From contig OY764159.1 in NCBI GenBank assembly GCA_963668175.1, forward strand, positions 1,248,001 to 1,312,000: a stretch of 64,000 nucleotides of DNA, given 5' to 3'. Below are positions 40,194 to 49,375 of this stretch, in pieces (the stretch's first letter is position 1; every line of letters starts with the position of its first letter). The position numbers and the translations under genes were made by a program. Under the pieces are notes generated by a model. It ran no database searches. It had not been told where the DNA came from and saw only the letters and a program-made list of their open reading frames with translations. This stretch comes from Syntrophales bacterium. GTDB taxonomy: Bacteria > Desulfobacterota > Syntrophia > Syntrophales > PHBD01.

Positions 40194-40628
40194 ATGTCCC
40201 ATCATGATGCGGGCAGGTATAAGTCGAAACATCCCTCCGCCGGCGAGGTCCGGAAGGATCTCGCCGAAGCCGTCGCCAAAGCGGCTTCGGACGGGACGAT
40301 TTCCTGTGCCCGGGCGGAGAAGATCGCCGCCGGGCTGCGGTTGTCCATGGGGGAGGTCGGCGTTGCCGTCGACCTTGCGGAAATCCGCATCGACAAGTGC
40401 CAGTTGGGGCTCTTCGGCTACGGGGCAGAGAAGCTGGCCGTCAAGCCGGCCGAATCAATAACCCCGGAGATGGAGCAAGCCGTTCTCGGTTCCCTGGAGA
40501 ACGGCCGCCTGCCATGCCTGGCGGCGTGGGAACTGGCCGTCCGGTTCGGCGTGAAACGGATGGACGTCTCCGCGGCGTGCGAGGCGCTCCGGATCAAGGT
40601 CAAACCTTGCCAGTTAGGGGCGTTCTGA
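40194..40628 (+). CDS. hypothetical protein with a duplicated Cys-containing domain (C..A...CQLGxF)
   Basis: Two repeats: ISCARA...IDKCQLGLF and LPCLAA...VKPCQLGAF; AAGGAG RBS. Confidence 0.75.
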   Translation: MSHHDAGRYKSKHPSAGEVRKDLAEAVAKAASDGTISCARAEKIAAGLRLSMGEVGVAVDLAEIRIDKCQLGLFGYGAEKLAVKPAESITPEMEQAVLGSLENGRLPCLAAWELAVRFGVKRMDVSAACEALRIKVKPCQLGAF

Positions 40629-40634
40629 CGGGAC

Positions 40635-41150
40635 TTACCCGTTTTGCTCCTCAAACCGGGCCAGCGTAAAGAGCATATCGGCCAGCCGGTTCAGGTACTG
40701 GTGGATGTGGGGATTGTCGACGAGGCCTTCGTTCTTGAGCTTGGCGGCCTTTCTCTCCGCCCTCCGGACGGTGGTCCGCGCCACGTCGATCATGGCCGAA
40801 ACGACGGTCTCGCCCGGATAAATGAATTCGTTCTTCAGCCTGACGTGATGCTGGAGATCGTCGATGATGCCCTCGATACGCTCGGCATCCACCATGGCGA
40901 TCCTCCGCGACAGCTTGGGGAGGTCCTCCGGGAGCGTGGACAACTCGGCCCCCAGGACCAGGAGATCCTTCTGGACCTCAAGGATAATGTCCTTGATATG
41001 CGTGTTTCCGGTCGAAGCCCTGGCTACGCCCAGGAAGGAGCTGGCTTCGTCCAGTACGCCGTACGTTTCCGGACGGGGATCGAACTTGGGTACCCGCTGT
41101 CCGCCGAGAAGACTCGTTTCGCCGCCATCGCCTTTCTTGGAAAACTTCAT
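40635..41150 (-). CDS. PduO-type cob(I)alamin adenosyltransferase
   Basis: KGDGGETSL, YGVLDE, ARTTVRRAER, YLNRLAD. Confidence 0.92.
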   Translation of the reverse strand: MKFSKKGDGGETSLLGGQRVPKFDPRPETYGVLDEASSFLGVARASTGNTHIKDIILEVQKDLLVLGAELSTLPEDLPKLSRRIAMVDAERIEGIIDDLQHHVRLKNEFIYPGETVVSAMIDVARTTVRRAERKAAKLKNEGLVDNPHIHQYLNRLADMLFTLARFEEQNG

Positions 41151-41863
41151 ATCCCTCTCCTCTCCATGTATTGTCTGATCATGCCGACCATCGCTTCGGC
41201 GCTCTTTTTAGCGTTGACAACGATTTCGTCCATGTTCAGGCTCTTATCGCCCAGACCGTGGGCGTAATTGTCTATGGAGCAGATGGATGCGTAAGCCACG
41301 TCGAGTTCTTGCGCTATGACGGCTTCGCTTCCCATGGTCATGCCGACAAGATCGGCAAAATGCGACATCATGGCGATTTCCGCCTTCGTTTCGAATCTCG
41401 GTCCAGGCGTCTGCCAATAGATGCCGCCGTCGGTGACGGCAATGCCGCACTTTCGCGCCGCATCGAGAAGACGCGCCCTCAACCCGGCGTTGAGGGATGG
41501 TGTGATGTGGACCGGCCGGTTGCCGAAGACGGTCGGCGCCTGGCCCATCATGATATAATCGTTCGGAATGACGATGGTTCCGGGAATGAGGTCTTTTTTC
41601 AGCGAGCCGGTGGAGTTGATGCCGACGATTTCCGTGACGCCCAGGTCCTTCAGGGCTTGGATGTTCGCCTGGTGATTGATCAGGTGGGGCAGGACATACG
41701 CCTTGGGGTTTCGCCCGTGGCGGGGAATGAAGATCATGTCCTCCCGCATCAGGACCTCCGCCCGGCCGAACCGGTTTTCGACGGTCTTCTCCTCCGACGT
41801 CCCGAAGCTGGCCGTATCGATGAAGACCGTTCCCGATATGACACCCAGAGGCCCCATGATCAT
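41147..41863 (-). CDS. MTAP/PNP family purine nucleoside phosphorylase (possibly 6-oxopurine/MTI-type)
   Basis: PRHG, NHQANI, GPRFETKAE, VGMT; DNYA in place of the TDYD typical of MTA-specific enzymes. Confidence 0.85.
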   Translation of the reverse strand: MIMGPLGVISGTVFIDTASFGTSEEKTVENRFGRAEVLMREDMIFIPRHGRNPKAYVLPHLINHQANIQALKDLGVTEIVGINSTGSLKKDLIPGTIVIPNDYIMMGQAPTVFGNRPVHITPSLNAGLRARLLDAARKCGIAVTDGGIYWQTPGPRFETKAEIAMMSHFADLVGMTMGSEAVIAQELDVAYASICSIDNYAHGLGDKSLNMDEIVVNAKKSAEAMVGMIRQYMERRGI

Positions 41864-42061
41864 TCCTTGCCGGTATTTGAGAGATAGTTGGGCGAATGTG
41901 TACCAGAATATTGACCATGTGTCAAAGGCCTTGCTTGCGGCGGCATAAAAAGCGTTTGACAGCCTGGGGGATGTATCATATACGATGAAGTCTCACGATT
42001 GGCGGAAACAAAGGAAAATCGGCGTTTTTAACCATATCCAAGACTTGAGAAGGAGCGGTCA

Positions 42062-42853
42062 GTGTTTAAAAGAAGATGCGTCGTAGTGCTTATGGCGGTG
42101 GCGATGCTTTCCGGATGTGCCTGGTGGAGCGACCTCTGGAAACGCGAAATGGCGAAGAACACGCCCGAAGCACTCTATAAAACCGGTTACGACTATTATC
42201 AGGGCGGCCGTTATAAGAAAGCGGCGGAGTCGTTTCAGCGGCTGAAAGACCTCCATCCGCTCCATCCCCTGGCTCTTCTCGCGGAGATGGGCATCGCCGA
42301 TTCCCATTACAGCGACGGCTCCTACAGCGAGGCGGAGCTGGCCTACAACGATTTCATGAACCTGCATCCGACGAACGAGAATGTTCCTTACGTGATCTAT
42401 CAGATAGGCATGTGCCACTTCCAGCAGATCATGTCGGTGGATAGGGATCAGACGGAAACGCAGCGGGCGAAAAGGGAGTTCGAGCGGTTGATCGCCCGTT
42501 TCCCGGGCAGCAAATTTGCGTTCATGGGGGAGAAGAAGCTCAAGGAATGCAAACAGAAGCTTGCCGAGCATGAATTCTACGTGGGGGAATTCTATTTCAA
42601 CCGAAAGCAGTACAAGGCAGCACTGAGGCGCTTCGAGACAATCACGCGGGAATATCCGAACGTCGGGCTGGATTACAAGGCCCAGTACTACCTGGTGGAA
42701 ACAGCCAGGCTGATGACGGAAGAAGACATCGAAAAGGCGAAGGAAGAAGCGAAGATCAAGGCCAAAGAAAAAGAGAAAGCGGACAAACTTAAACAGAAGG
42801 AAGAGCAGGCCAGGAAAAAGCAGGAGGAAAAGGCCCAAAAACAGGATAAGTAA
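42062..42853 (+). CDS. bamD: outer membrane protein assembly lipoprotein BamD
   Basis: Lipobox LSGC; TPRs; FMNLHPT, DRDQT, LAEHEFYVGEFY; Lys/Glu-rich tail. Confidence 0.9.
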   Translation: MFKRRCVVVLMAVAMLSGCAWWSDLWKREMAKNTPEALYKTGYDYYQGGRYKKAAESFQRLKDLHPLHPLALLAEMGIADSHYSDGSYSEAELAYNDFMNLHPTNENVPYVIYQIGMCHFQQIMSVDRDQTETQRAKREFERLIARFPGSKFAFMGEKKLKECKQKLAEHEFYVGEFYFNRKQYKAALRRFETITREYPNVGLDYKAQYYLVETARLMTEEDIEKAKEEAKIKAKEKEKADKLKQKEEQARKKQEEKAQKQDK

Positions 42854-42880
42854 ACCTTGCCCTGGAGCGGGTCCGTATCT

Positions 42881-44491
42881 TCACAAACGAGGCGTTTCCT
42901 GCGGCGCGAGACGTCCGGCGAGACGTGATGTGATCGCAGTCAGGGCCTCGTTCATCGAATGTTCCCGCCTCTGGGACGTACGGATGACGATGTAGACATC
43001 GTCTCCCAACTCGGAAATCTTCTCGAAGCTTTGCTTCTGGTCCCGGTAAATCTCCCAACGGCCGTCGGAGGCCTCCCCCTTCTTCAGCATTCGGGCTTCA
43101 AGCCTGGCCTTGACTTCCTCGTCGGGGCAAGTGCATTCGATGACAAAGAAATCGACTCCTATCCGCCGTGCCAGTTCTGCGGCGTTTTTTCTCTCCTCCC
43201 TTCTTTTGAACGATGCGTCGACGATGACGGACCGGCCCTCTTTCAGCTTCTCTTCGGCGATCTCCAGGGCTTTTTTATAGGTTCGGGCGGACATGTCGTC
43301 GGCGTAGATACCTTTGCCGAATCCCTCGAAATGACGCTCTTCCGGCCGGATGTTGAGAAGTTCCTTGCGAAGCACGTCGGTCCGGATGATGTCGGCGCCC
43401 AGGCGGGGACCGATGTTCCTGGCCAGGAGGCTTTTTCCCGTACCGATGAGGCCGCAGGTCAGAATCAGCACCGGTTTTTCCGGCCTGGCGGCGCAGGTAT
43501 AGGCCAGATCGAAATAGCTGGCCGCTGTTTTCTGCGCGGCCTCGCGATCTTCCTGGGGAATGACTTTGTCGTCCATGCGAAAGCCGATCACCTTGCCCCG
43601 GACATAGGCGTAATAGCACTTATAAAAGTTCAACAGGGTGCGGATTTCCGGGTCGCCGGAATAACCGATATAGGCCTGGACGAAGGCCTCCCCCCACTCG
43701 GAATAGCCGTTGTAATCCAGGTCCATGGAGAGGAAGGAAACCTCCGCCGCCACATCCTCGTAACGGAACCGCTCGTTGAATTCGATGCAGTCGAAGATGA
43801 CGATGGTGTCTGCCATGTGGCAGATATGTTCCAGGTGGAGATCGCCGTGGCAGTCCCTGATCCGGTGCTCCGCGGTCCGCCGGCGGAACAGCTCTTCCCT
43901 GTCGGTAAGGAAACGGGTTACGTAGTTTTTGATGAATGCAAATTGGTAGCCCGGGATGCTGCGGTCGATATAGGGCTCCGTCTGGCTGAAATTCTCGTCG
44001 TGGTTCATCCGGATCGTCTCCAGGCTGCCGATCTGGTCGATCTGGCCTCCCGTCTCCGCCTGCCGATGAAAGTCGGCCAGCTTTCGGGCCACCTTGTCCA
44101 TGATGGAAACGTCAGTCTCTTTGAGAACGATCAGCCGTTTGAGCATTCCCTCTTCGGGAATCCGCTTCATCCGCACGGCATACTCGACGATGCGCGTACC
44201 TTGTCCCATGAAGAGCTTACCCGCGTCGTCTTCGCATATCTCGACGACATCGAGGTAGATTTCCGGGGCGAGTCTCCTGTTCAGCCGGAGTTCTTCGAGG
44301 CAGAAATGGCGGCGTTTCTCCAGGCTCGTGAAATCCAGAAATCCGAAATCGACGGATTTTTTTATCTTGTAGACCAAATCGTCCGCTATGAAGATAAAGG
44401 AGATGTGGGTCTGCAGAACCGTTACGCTCGCGGGCCTGTGGGGATAGAAATCGCTGCGGCCCATGGCGGCAATCAGGTTTTCATGTGTCAT
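42881..44491 (-). CDS. aminoglycoside-phosphotransferase-like kinase fused to a P-loop (AAA_33) kinase
   Basis: QTHIS, KIKKSV, EELRLNRRLAP, DCHGDLHL, DCIEFN; Walker A GLIGTGKS, DVLRKEL. Confidence 0.88.
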   Translation of the reverse strand: MTHENLIAAMGRSDFYPHRPASVTVLQTHISFIFIADDLVYKIKKSVDFGFLDFTSLEKRRHFCLEELRLNRRLAPEIYLDVVEICEDDAGKLFMGQGTRIVEYAVRMKRIPEEGMLKRLIVLKETDVSIMDKVARKLADFHRQAETGGQIDQIGSLETIRMNHDENFSQTEPYIDRSIPGYQFAFIKNYVTRFLTDREELFRRRTAEHRIRDCHGDLHLEHICHMADTIVIFDCIEFNERFRYEDVAAEVSFLSMDLDYNGYSEWGEAFVQAYIGYSGDPEIRTLLNFYKCYYAYVRGKVIGFRMDDKVIPQEDREAAQKTAASYFDLAYTCAARPEKPVLILTCGLIGTGKSLLARNIGPRLGADIIRTDVLRKELLNIRPEERHFEGFGKGIYADDMSARTYKKALEIAEEKLKEGRSVIVDASFKRREERKNAAELARRIGVDFFVIECTCPDEEVKARLEARMLKKGEASDGRWEIYRDQKQSFEKISELGDDVYIVIRTSQRREHSMNEALTAITSRLAGRLAPQETPRL

Positions 44492-44542
44492 GACTTGTGT
44501 CCTTTTTTCGCTCTTGCGTGATTCGCCCCGGGTGCGATGTCG

Positions 44543-46249
44543 TCAGCGGCCCCGGAACTGGAGCGCGACATGCTCCAGTTCCTCATAGTGGTTGCCGGTG
44601 GTCATATAGAGATAACCGACAAGATTCGGTATATTCTTCAAGCCTTCAGCTCGTTTCCTGGCGGCATATGATGGGGCTTCGACGCAGACGGTTGCGATTT
44701 GGCTCAGCTTCTTGTCGGCGAACCATCTAAGGCTGTCGGTATATCTCGGCGTCTGGTTCCAGTTCACGATGACGGTATCCGGAGAGAGTCCTTCCCACGA
44801 ATCGGCAAGCGGTCCGTTGACAAGGTAATAATGGTCGACAGCATTCTGGAAGGGATCGAACATGTCCGACCAAGCAAGAATCTTCAATTGGGGATTCACT
44901 GTATGGACGGTCCGGATGGACCTGGCGACGTGGTCCGCGAGCATTCTGCCCGGGCTGAGGTTTCTGGCGCGGCAGCTTTCGCACCAGCCTGCCACCCTGA
45001 TATCGCTGTAACTCAGGAAGATGCCGGCAGGCTTCATCTTCTGTTCGATATCCTCGATGTCTTTCTTGATCAGTGTATGGACTTTTTCATCCGATAGACA
45101 AGCGGAAAGCTTTCCCTTGCCGACCGTCACGGCATGATAGTAACTGACCTTCAGAACCTGTCCTTCCCGGATTTTGGAGCCGGGGAGAATCTTGAAGGCA
45201 GGGGGTTGGTGGTAGGGCAAGAAGGTCCCGTTGATATTCAGCTTTTCATCGCGGACGACGTCGTAATCCTTGCCTTCCCTGTAAAGATAACCGTCTTCGC
45301 CTTTAACGGTCAGAGGGCACCCGGTGCGGCGCAGCACGTTGAGCAGGCCGACCTCCTCGAAGGTAACGTCGTCGATCCAGACCTTGCCGTCTTTGCCTGC
45401 GGTGATGCCGAAATCCAGTCGGATTTTCCGGCTGTTCTGGCTGTTGAAGATCGTGTGATACTGGACCCATTCCTGGTTTTTCTTCACTTCCCATTCCGAC
45501 AGGGCGAGGGATTGGCCCGATGAGGACAGGACCGTGTGGCGGATCTTATCGGGGGCGTCGAGGTTTTCCGTCTTGATCCAGGCGGAAAGGTGATATTGGC
45601 GATAGGGCGAAACGTCAACACTCTGGGAGAGAAGATCATAAACCGTTTTTGCCGCGTTTTTCCCTGCAACGTTCACGCGGAGCGATTGCAGTCCCCCGTG
45701 CTTGATGGAACGGTCAATTGCGGTTATCTGGCCCGGTTTGTCGCGGTTTTCCCATCCGGCCACCTTGTTGCCCTGGGACTGTTCGAAGTCCCCGCCCCGG
45801 AGATGAACGGCCTGATCGGCCAGGAGATCGGCCTGGCCTTTTCTGACTATAAACGGAGCGTTGCGGACCGGCATACCTTCGGCAAGGTTCGGGTCGTGAA
45901 ACAGGATGCCATGTGCCTGATTGACGGCACTGACCATGGGGAAAAGCTGAAGATGAAGCTGAATCGCCGCTTTTTTTACGACGGCGACGTTCTTGAGATA
46001 TTTCTCGGAGGCCTTATCCAGGGTTTGCAGATGCCAGTCGGCGAGGACGATACCATTGTACCCCGCGGCCTGGGCGCGCCGCATGACGTCGAGGAGATTC
46101 TGGACTTCCGTATCGACGGTAAGATTATGACTTGCGTAAACCAAGCGATACGGAAGCTCGGGACCGATGGTATCGGCCGATACCGATGCCGATAGGACGA
46201 AAAAGACAAGCAAAGAAAAAATTATATTTATGCGTGCAATTTTAATCAT
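44543..46249 (-). CDS. exported glycoside-hydrolase-like (GH20-type barrel) protein with inserted CBM4/9-like domain
   Basis: Signal peptide; RAQAAGYNGIV; GGDFE...GW...GLQSLR...YHLSAWIKT...WIDDV; WSDMFDP, VIVNWN. Confidence 0.6.
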   Translation of the reverse strand: MIKIARINIIFSLLVFFVLSASVSADTIGPELPYRLVYASHNLTVDTEVQNLLDVMRRAQAAGYNGIVLADWHLQTLDKASEKYLKNVAVVKKAAIQLHLQLFPMVSAVNQAHGILFHDPNLAEGMPVRNAPFIVRKGQADLLADQAVHLRGGDFEQSQGNKVAGWENRDKPGQITAIDRSIKHGGLQSLRVNVAGKNAAKTVYDLLSQSVDVSPYRQYHLSAWIKTENLDAPDKIRHTVLSSSGQSLALSEWEVKKNQEWVQYHTIFNSQNSRKIRLDFGITAGKDGKVWIDDVTFEEVGLLNVLRRTGCPLTVKGEDGYLYREGKDYDVVRDEKLNINGTFLPYHQPPAFKILPGSKIREGQVLKVSYYHAVTVGKGKLSACLSDEKVHTLIKKDIEDIEQKMKPAGIFLSYSDIRVAGWCESCRARNLSPGRMLADHVARSIRTVHTVNPQLKILAWSDMFDPFQNAVDHYYLVNGPLADSWEGLSPDTVIVNWNQTPRYTDSLRWFADKKLSQIATVCVEAPSYAARKRAEGLKNIPNLVGYLYMTTGNHYEELEHVALQFRGR

Positions 46250-46596
46250 TTATCATGCCACTAGCCGTTCATTCAAGCTTTCATAGCAGATTGGCGGCAA
46301 TTTTACCATAGCAATCATGGTGCAATGATGCGCCAGTATTGGATATAATCCCGAAAGAATCAACATGTCCGATTTGCCGTCGTTTTCCACAGTCTTCCCG
46401 ACCGCTTGCGGTTTCTGTTTGTATCGCTTTGTTTTTTGAAAAATAATCGCCGATGACAGGGTCGACGTCCGATTGTTTTCTGGGCGTCGGATGGGCTATA
46501 CAATCCCGGTGATGACAGATGTATATATTTGCATTATGTGTAAGTATGGAAAATCAAGACTCTTCGTGTAAAGACGCGCTCCTGTAAAAAATAATT

Positions 46597-46623
46597 TAAG
46601 TTTTTTTCCGTTTTTGTCGATAA
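46597..46623 (+). promoter_or_regulatory. putative sigma28 (FliA) promoter
   Basis: TAAG-N15-GTCGATAA versus the consensus TAAA-N15-GCCGATAA. Confidence 0.6.
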
Positions 46624-46701
46624 AAAGACGGGGGGAAGTATAAATGAACGATAATGCCTCGTAGAAAAGTGGTATTTCGTTCGTAAAATCGGTAATTTGG
46701 C

Positions 46702-47127
46702 ATGAGTATGCAGGCTATCAGCAACATGGCGGTCGGTACGCCGTACGTCAGTTCCGGCGCGGGAGATGCCGCCGGGAGTATAACGGCGGAGTCCGTAATG
46801 TCATCAGGCATGCCTGCAGCGTTTGCTCAGGGGCAGGCCGATTTTGTCGATATCCGGCAAGCCAGAGGAGAAGGAAAAGGGGCACGGGAGGCAACCGATG
46901 CAGGCGATGAAAGGCGGTCGCTAAACGGCAAATCTCCCGGCCGGGGGTCGGAAAATTCTGTAGTCATTACATATAATCAGCTGGCCCGCGAATCCGTCGT
47001 CAAGTATCTCGATGAGGAAGGCAACGTCGTTTCCCAGTCGCCTCCACAGATGTATTTGAAGACGATGGAATCGAGCAGCTCCAAAGCCGGTGAACAAACG
47101 GGGACGCTGCTGAACGAAGTGGCCTAG
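46702..47127 (+). CDS. FlaG-like protein
   Basis: Low-complexity N-terminus; C-terminal VVKYLDEEGNVVSQSPPQMYLK...GTLLNEVA resembles FlaG (VIRQIPPEE...GLLxD). Confidence 0.55.
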   Translation: MSMQAISNMAVGTPYVSSGAGDAAGSITAESVMSSGMPAAFAQGQADFVDIRQARGEGKGAREATDAGDERRSLNGKSPGRGSENSVVITYNQLARESVVKYLDEEGNVVSQSPPQMYLKTMESSSSKAGEQTGTLLNEVA

Positions 47128-47158
47128 CATAGTTGGAGCATTAAGGAGGTTCAGGATC

Positions 47159-47479
47159 ATGGTCGAAGCGGTAGGTAACAATAACGGCGCCTATAGTGTC
47201 GATGCACAGGACAGGATCAGGGCCGGTGTGGCAACGGAAGGCCAGAACAACCGTCAGCCCTCGACGACGGCGGCGGAAGTTCAGAGTCCGAAGAAACAGG
47301 CCGATACAGTGACGATTTCCCAGGAGGCCGTTGCGGCTCAGCAGGGTGCCGTCCAGACCGCTCCTGAACAGGCGCGAATAGCATCGATGGAGGAAGCCCA
47401 GAGTACGGCAGCCCAGGGGACCGCCAAGAGCAGCAATCCCATGGAAGCCGTCGCCCAGGCTTACGGCGTATCGAAGTAA
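47159..47479 (+). CDS. hypothetical low-complexity protein with DTVTIS motif
   Basis: Strong AAGGAGG RBS; Ala/Gln-rich; DTVTISQEA motif, as seen in FlgM-like and flagellar-associated proteins. Confidence 0.6.
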   Translation: MVEAVGNNNGAYSVDAQDRIRAGVATEGQNNRQPSTTAAEVQSPKKQADTVTISQEAVAAQQGAVQTAPEQARIASMEEAQSTAAQGTAKSSNPMEAVAQAYGVSK

Positions 47480-47742
47480 GTGAAATTTCCCGGTCCGTTA
47501 CCGGGTTGTAATGGATCGGGCAGCGCTGTACGGATAGAATCTGCGGTGCCCGTTACGAATCATGGAGCTGGAATCGAACACGAAAATCATCGCAGGGTCC
47601 TAAGTGGTGAAGATCACCCTCATGAAGGACCAAGATTTATCAAAAGTGATTCTCCAGTCTTCTGACAAACGGCATCCGCGGATCCATTATTTGCCCCCCC
47701 ATAGGTTATCGGCCGTGGGGGGCGATTTTTAGGGGTTGAACG

Positions 47743-47931
47743 ATGGTGAGCTCGATATCCGGTACCGGGGCGGCGCAGGTTGCGATGGTGACCCAGGCCC
47801 AGCGGGAGATCATAGCCGCTCTTGCCATGCAGCAGGCGATGGAGCAGAAACTCGCCGTCGCGGCAATAGGGGGCGGCGGACAGGGAACCCGTTTGGCGGA
47901 AGCAGGCGCCCTGGTCGATGTCATGGCGTAG
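47743..47931 (+). CDS. small YjfB-like (putative motility) protein
   Basis: AGGGG RBS; MVSSIS...amphipathic helix...GALVDVMA C-terminus. Confidence 0.5.
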   Translation: MVSSISGTGAAQVAMVTQAQREIIAALAMQQAMEQKLAVAAIGGGGQGTRLAEAGALVDVMA

Positions 47932-47937
47932 AAAAGA

Positions 47938-47975
47938 AGACCCCTTCTTCCCCGTCAAGCGGAAAGAAGGGGTTT
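47938..47975. terminator. hairpin terminator between convergent genes
   Basis: ACCCCTTCTT...AAGAAGGGGT inverted repeat. Confidence 0.6.
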
Positions 47976-47997
47976 GTTCGTCAATATACCATCCTTA

Positions 47998-48579
47998 CTA
48001 AAATTTAACCTTCGGGGCCGCCTTGGCTTCCTGGGGCGCTTCGAAAAGCGGTTTCTGCGCGAAACCGAACATCCCGGCCAGGATGTTGGCCGGAAAACTG
48101 CGTATCGCCACATTGTAAGCCTGGACTGCGTCGTTGTATCTCTTCCTTTCGACGGATATCCGGTTTTCCGTTCCCGCCAGTTCGTCCTGCAATCTCAGGA
48201 AATTCTGATTGGCCTTGAGTTCCGGGTATCTTTCCACGACGACCAGAAGCCGGCTTAAGGCGCTGCCCAGTTCGTTCTGGGCCTTCATCTGGTCCGCCTG
48301 GCTGGCATTGGCCATGCCGCCGACCTTGGCCCTCGCGTTTGTCACCTGGATCAGCGTTTCCTGTTCGAACTTGGCGTAGCCTTTCACCGTCTCCACGAGA
48401 TTGGGGATAAGGTCGTACCGCCTCTGTAACTGGTTTTCCACCTGGGCCCATGACGTCTTGGCCGCTTCGTCCAGCGAGACGAAACGGTTGTAATTTCCCT
48501 TGAAGAATCCGTAGAGGGAAACCAGGATGAGCAAGACGACGCCCACGGCAACCAACAGCACCATTTTTCCTTTTGACAT
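47998..48579 (-). CDS. lemA: LemA family protein
   Basis: N-terminal TM; YNRFV, WAQVENQLQRRYDLIPNLV, ERYPELKANQNF, ENRI...RYN, FPANI; GGAGGAGG RBS. Confidence 0.95.
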   Translation of the reverse strand: MSKGKMVLLVAVGVVLLILVSLYGFFKGNYNRFVSLDEAAKTSWAQVENQLQRRYDLIPNLVETVKGYAKFEQETLIQVTNARAKVGGMANASQADQMKAQNELGSALSRLLVVVERYPELKANQNFLRLQDELAGTENRISVERKRYNDAVQAYNVAIRSFPANILAGMFGFAQKPLFEAPQEAKAAPKVKF

Positions 48580-48627
48580 TCCTAACCTCCTCCATTGAGA
48601 GATAATCATTGTAAAATAATAAATAGC

Positions 48628-49359
48628 TTATACGTCCATGGCATCCACATAGAGGCAAAGATCGCTTACGGCCTTCAGATAATCGTCGAAGATCGCCTGG
48701 ACCTCCGCCCGCGTGAAACGGTCCGTTTCTTCTTTGATATCGTTACACTTTAAGAACACGTCGGGATTCAGCTTCAGCAACTTGGCCGCCGCCTCGATGA
48801 CATCGCGGCGGGATCCGGGGACATCCTGACCCTTAAGATACAGGAGGGCTTTGAAGGAGGCAACAAAGGCGTTGATGGAAACGCCGATAAGACCGCGGAC
48901 CCGCTTCGGCATCCCCTCCGTTTCGAGGAAACCGCTTCGCAAATGCAGAAGTTTGCCCTTCAATTCCCGCTCGATCTGCAGCCGCAGGTATTTTGGATCG
49001 AACGCCAGTTCCGCCAGAACGTCTTCGCCGAAAATCGTCCTGTGGTTCTGCTTCATGTTAAGAAATTCCACCGGATAGGAATCGAGGGAAGCATCGAGAT
49101 ACGCCTTCGTCATGAAGAGAGGGGTCGCTACGTTGTGTTTGCGCCAGCGGCCGACCGGGTCGATGGCCTTGCGCAGTTGGCCGATACCGTGGTCGGTGAG
49201 GACGATGAGAAGATTGATGTCCGATTTGCCGGGGATGAAATCGGTGCCGGCCGCGCTGCCATAAAGGATGATGGCCGTCAAATCGTCGCCGAATGCCGCC
49301 TTGTAATCGCTCGTGATGCCCGCCAGGATGTCATCCGGATTGTCTGGTCGTTTTGCCAT
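48628..49359 (-). CDS. Pol-beta superfamily nucleotidyltransferase domain protein with C-terminal helical domain
   Basis: ILYGSAAG-x8-SDINLLIV motif followed by a helical region (LRLQIERELKGKLLHLR). Confidence 0.75.
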   Translation of the reverse strand: MAKRPDNPDDILAGITSDYKAAFGDDLTAIILYGSAAGTDFIPGKSDINLLIVLTDHGIGQLRKAIDPVGRWRKHNVATPLFMTKAYLDASLDSYPVEFLNMKQNHRTIFGEDVLAELAFDPKYLRLQIERELKGKLLHLRSGFLETEGMPKRVRGLIGVSINAFVASFKALLYLKGQDVPGSRRDVIEAAAKLLKLNPDVFLKCNDIKEETDRFTRAEVQAIFDDYLKAVSDLCLYVDAMDV

Positions 49360-49375
49360 ATGCCCCAACCTTTCT

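Noticed and set aside
42881..44491. APH-like gene as an antibiotic resistance determinant
   Set aside because: The architecture matches the widespread uncharacterised kinase/P-loop fusion family, and there is no mobile context.
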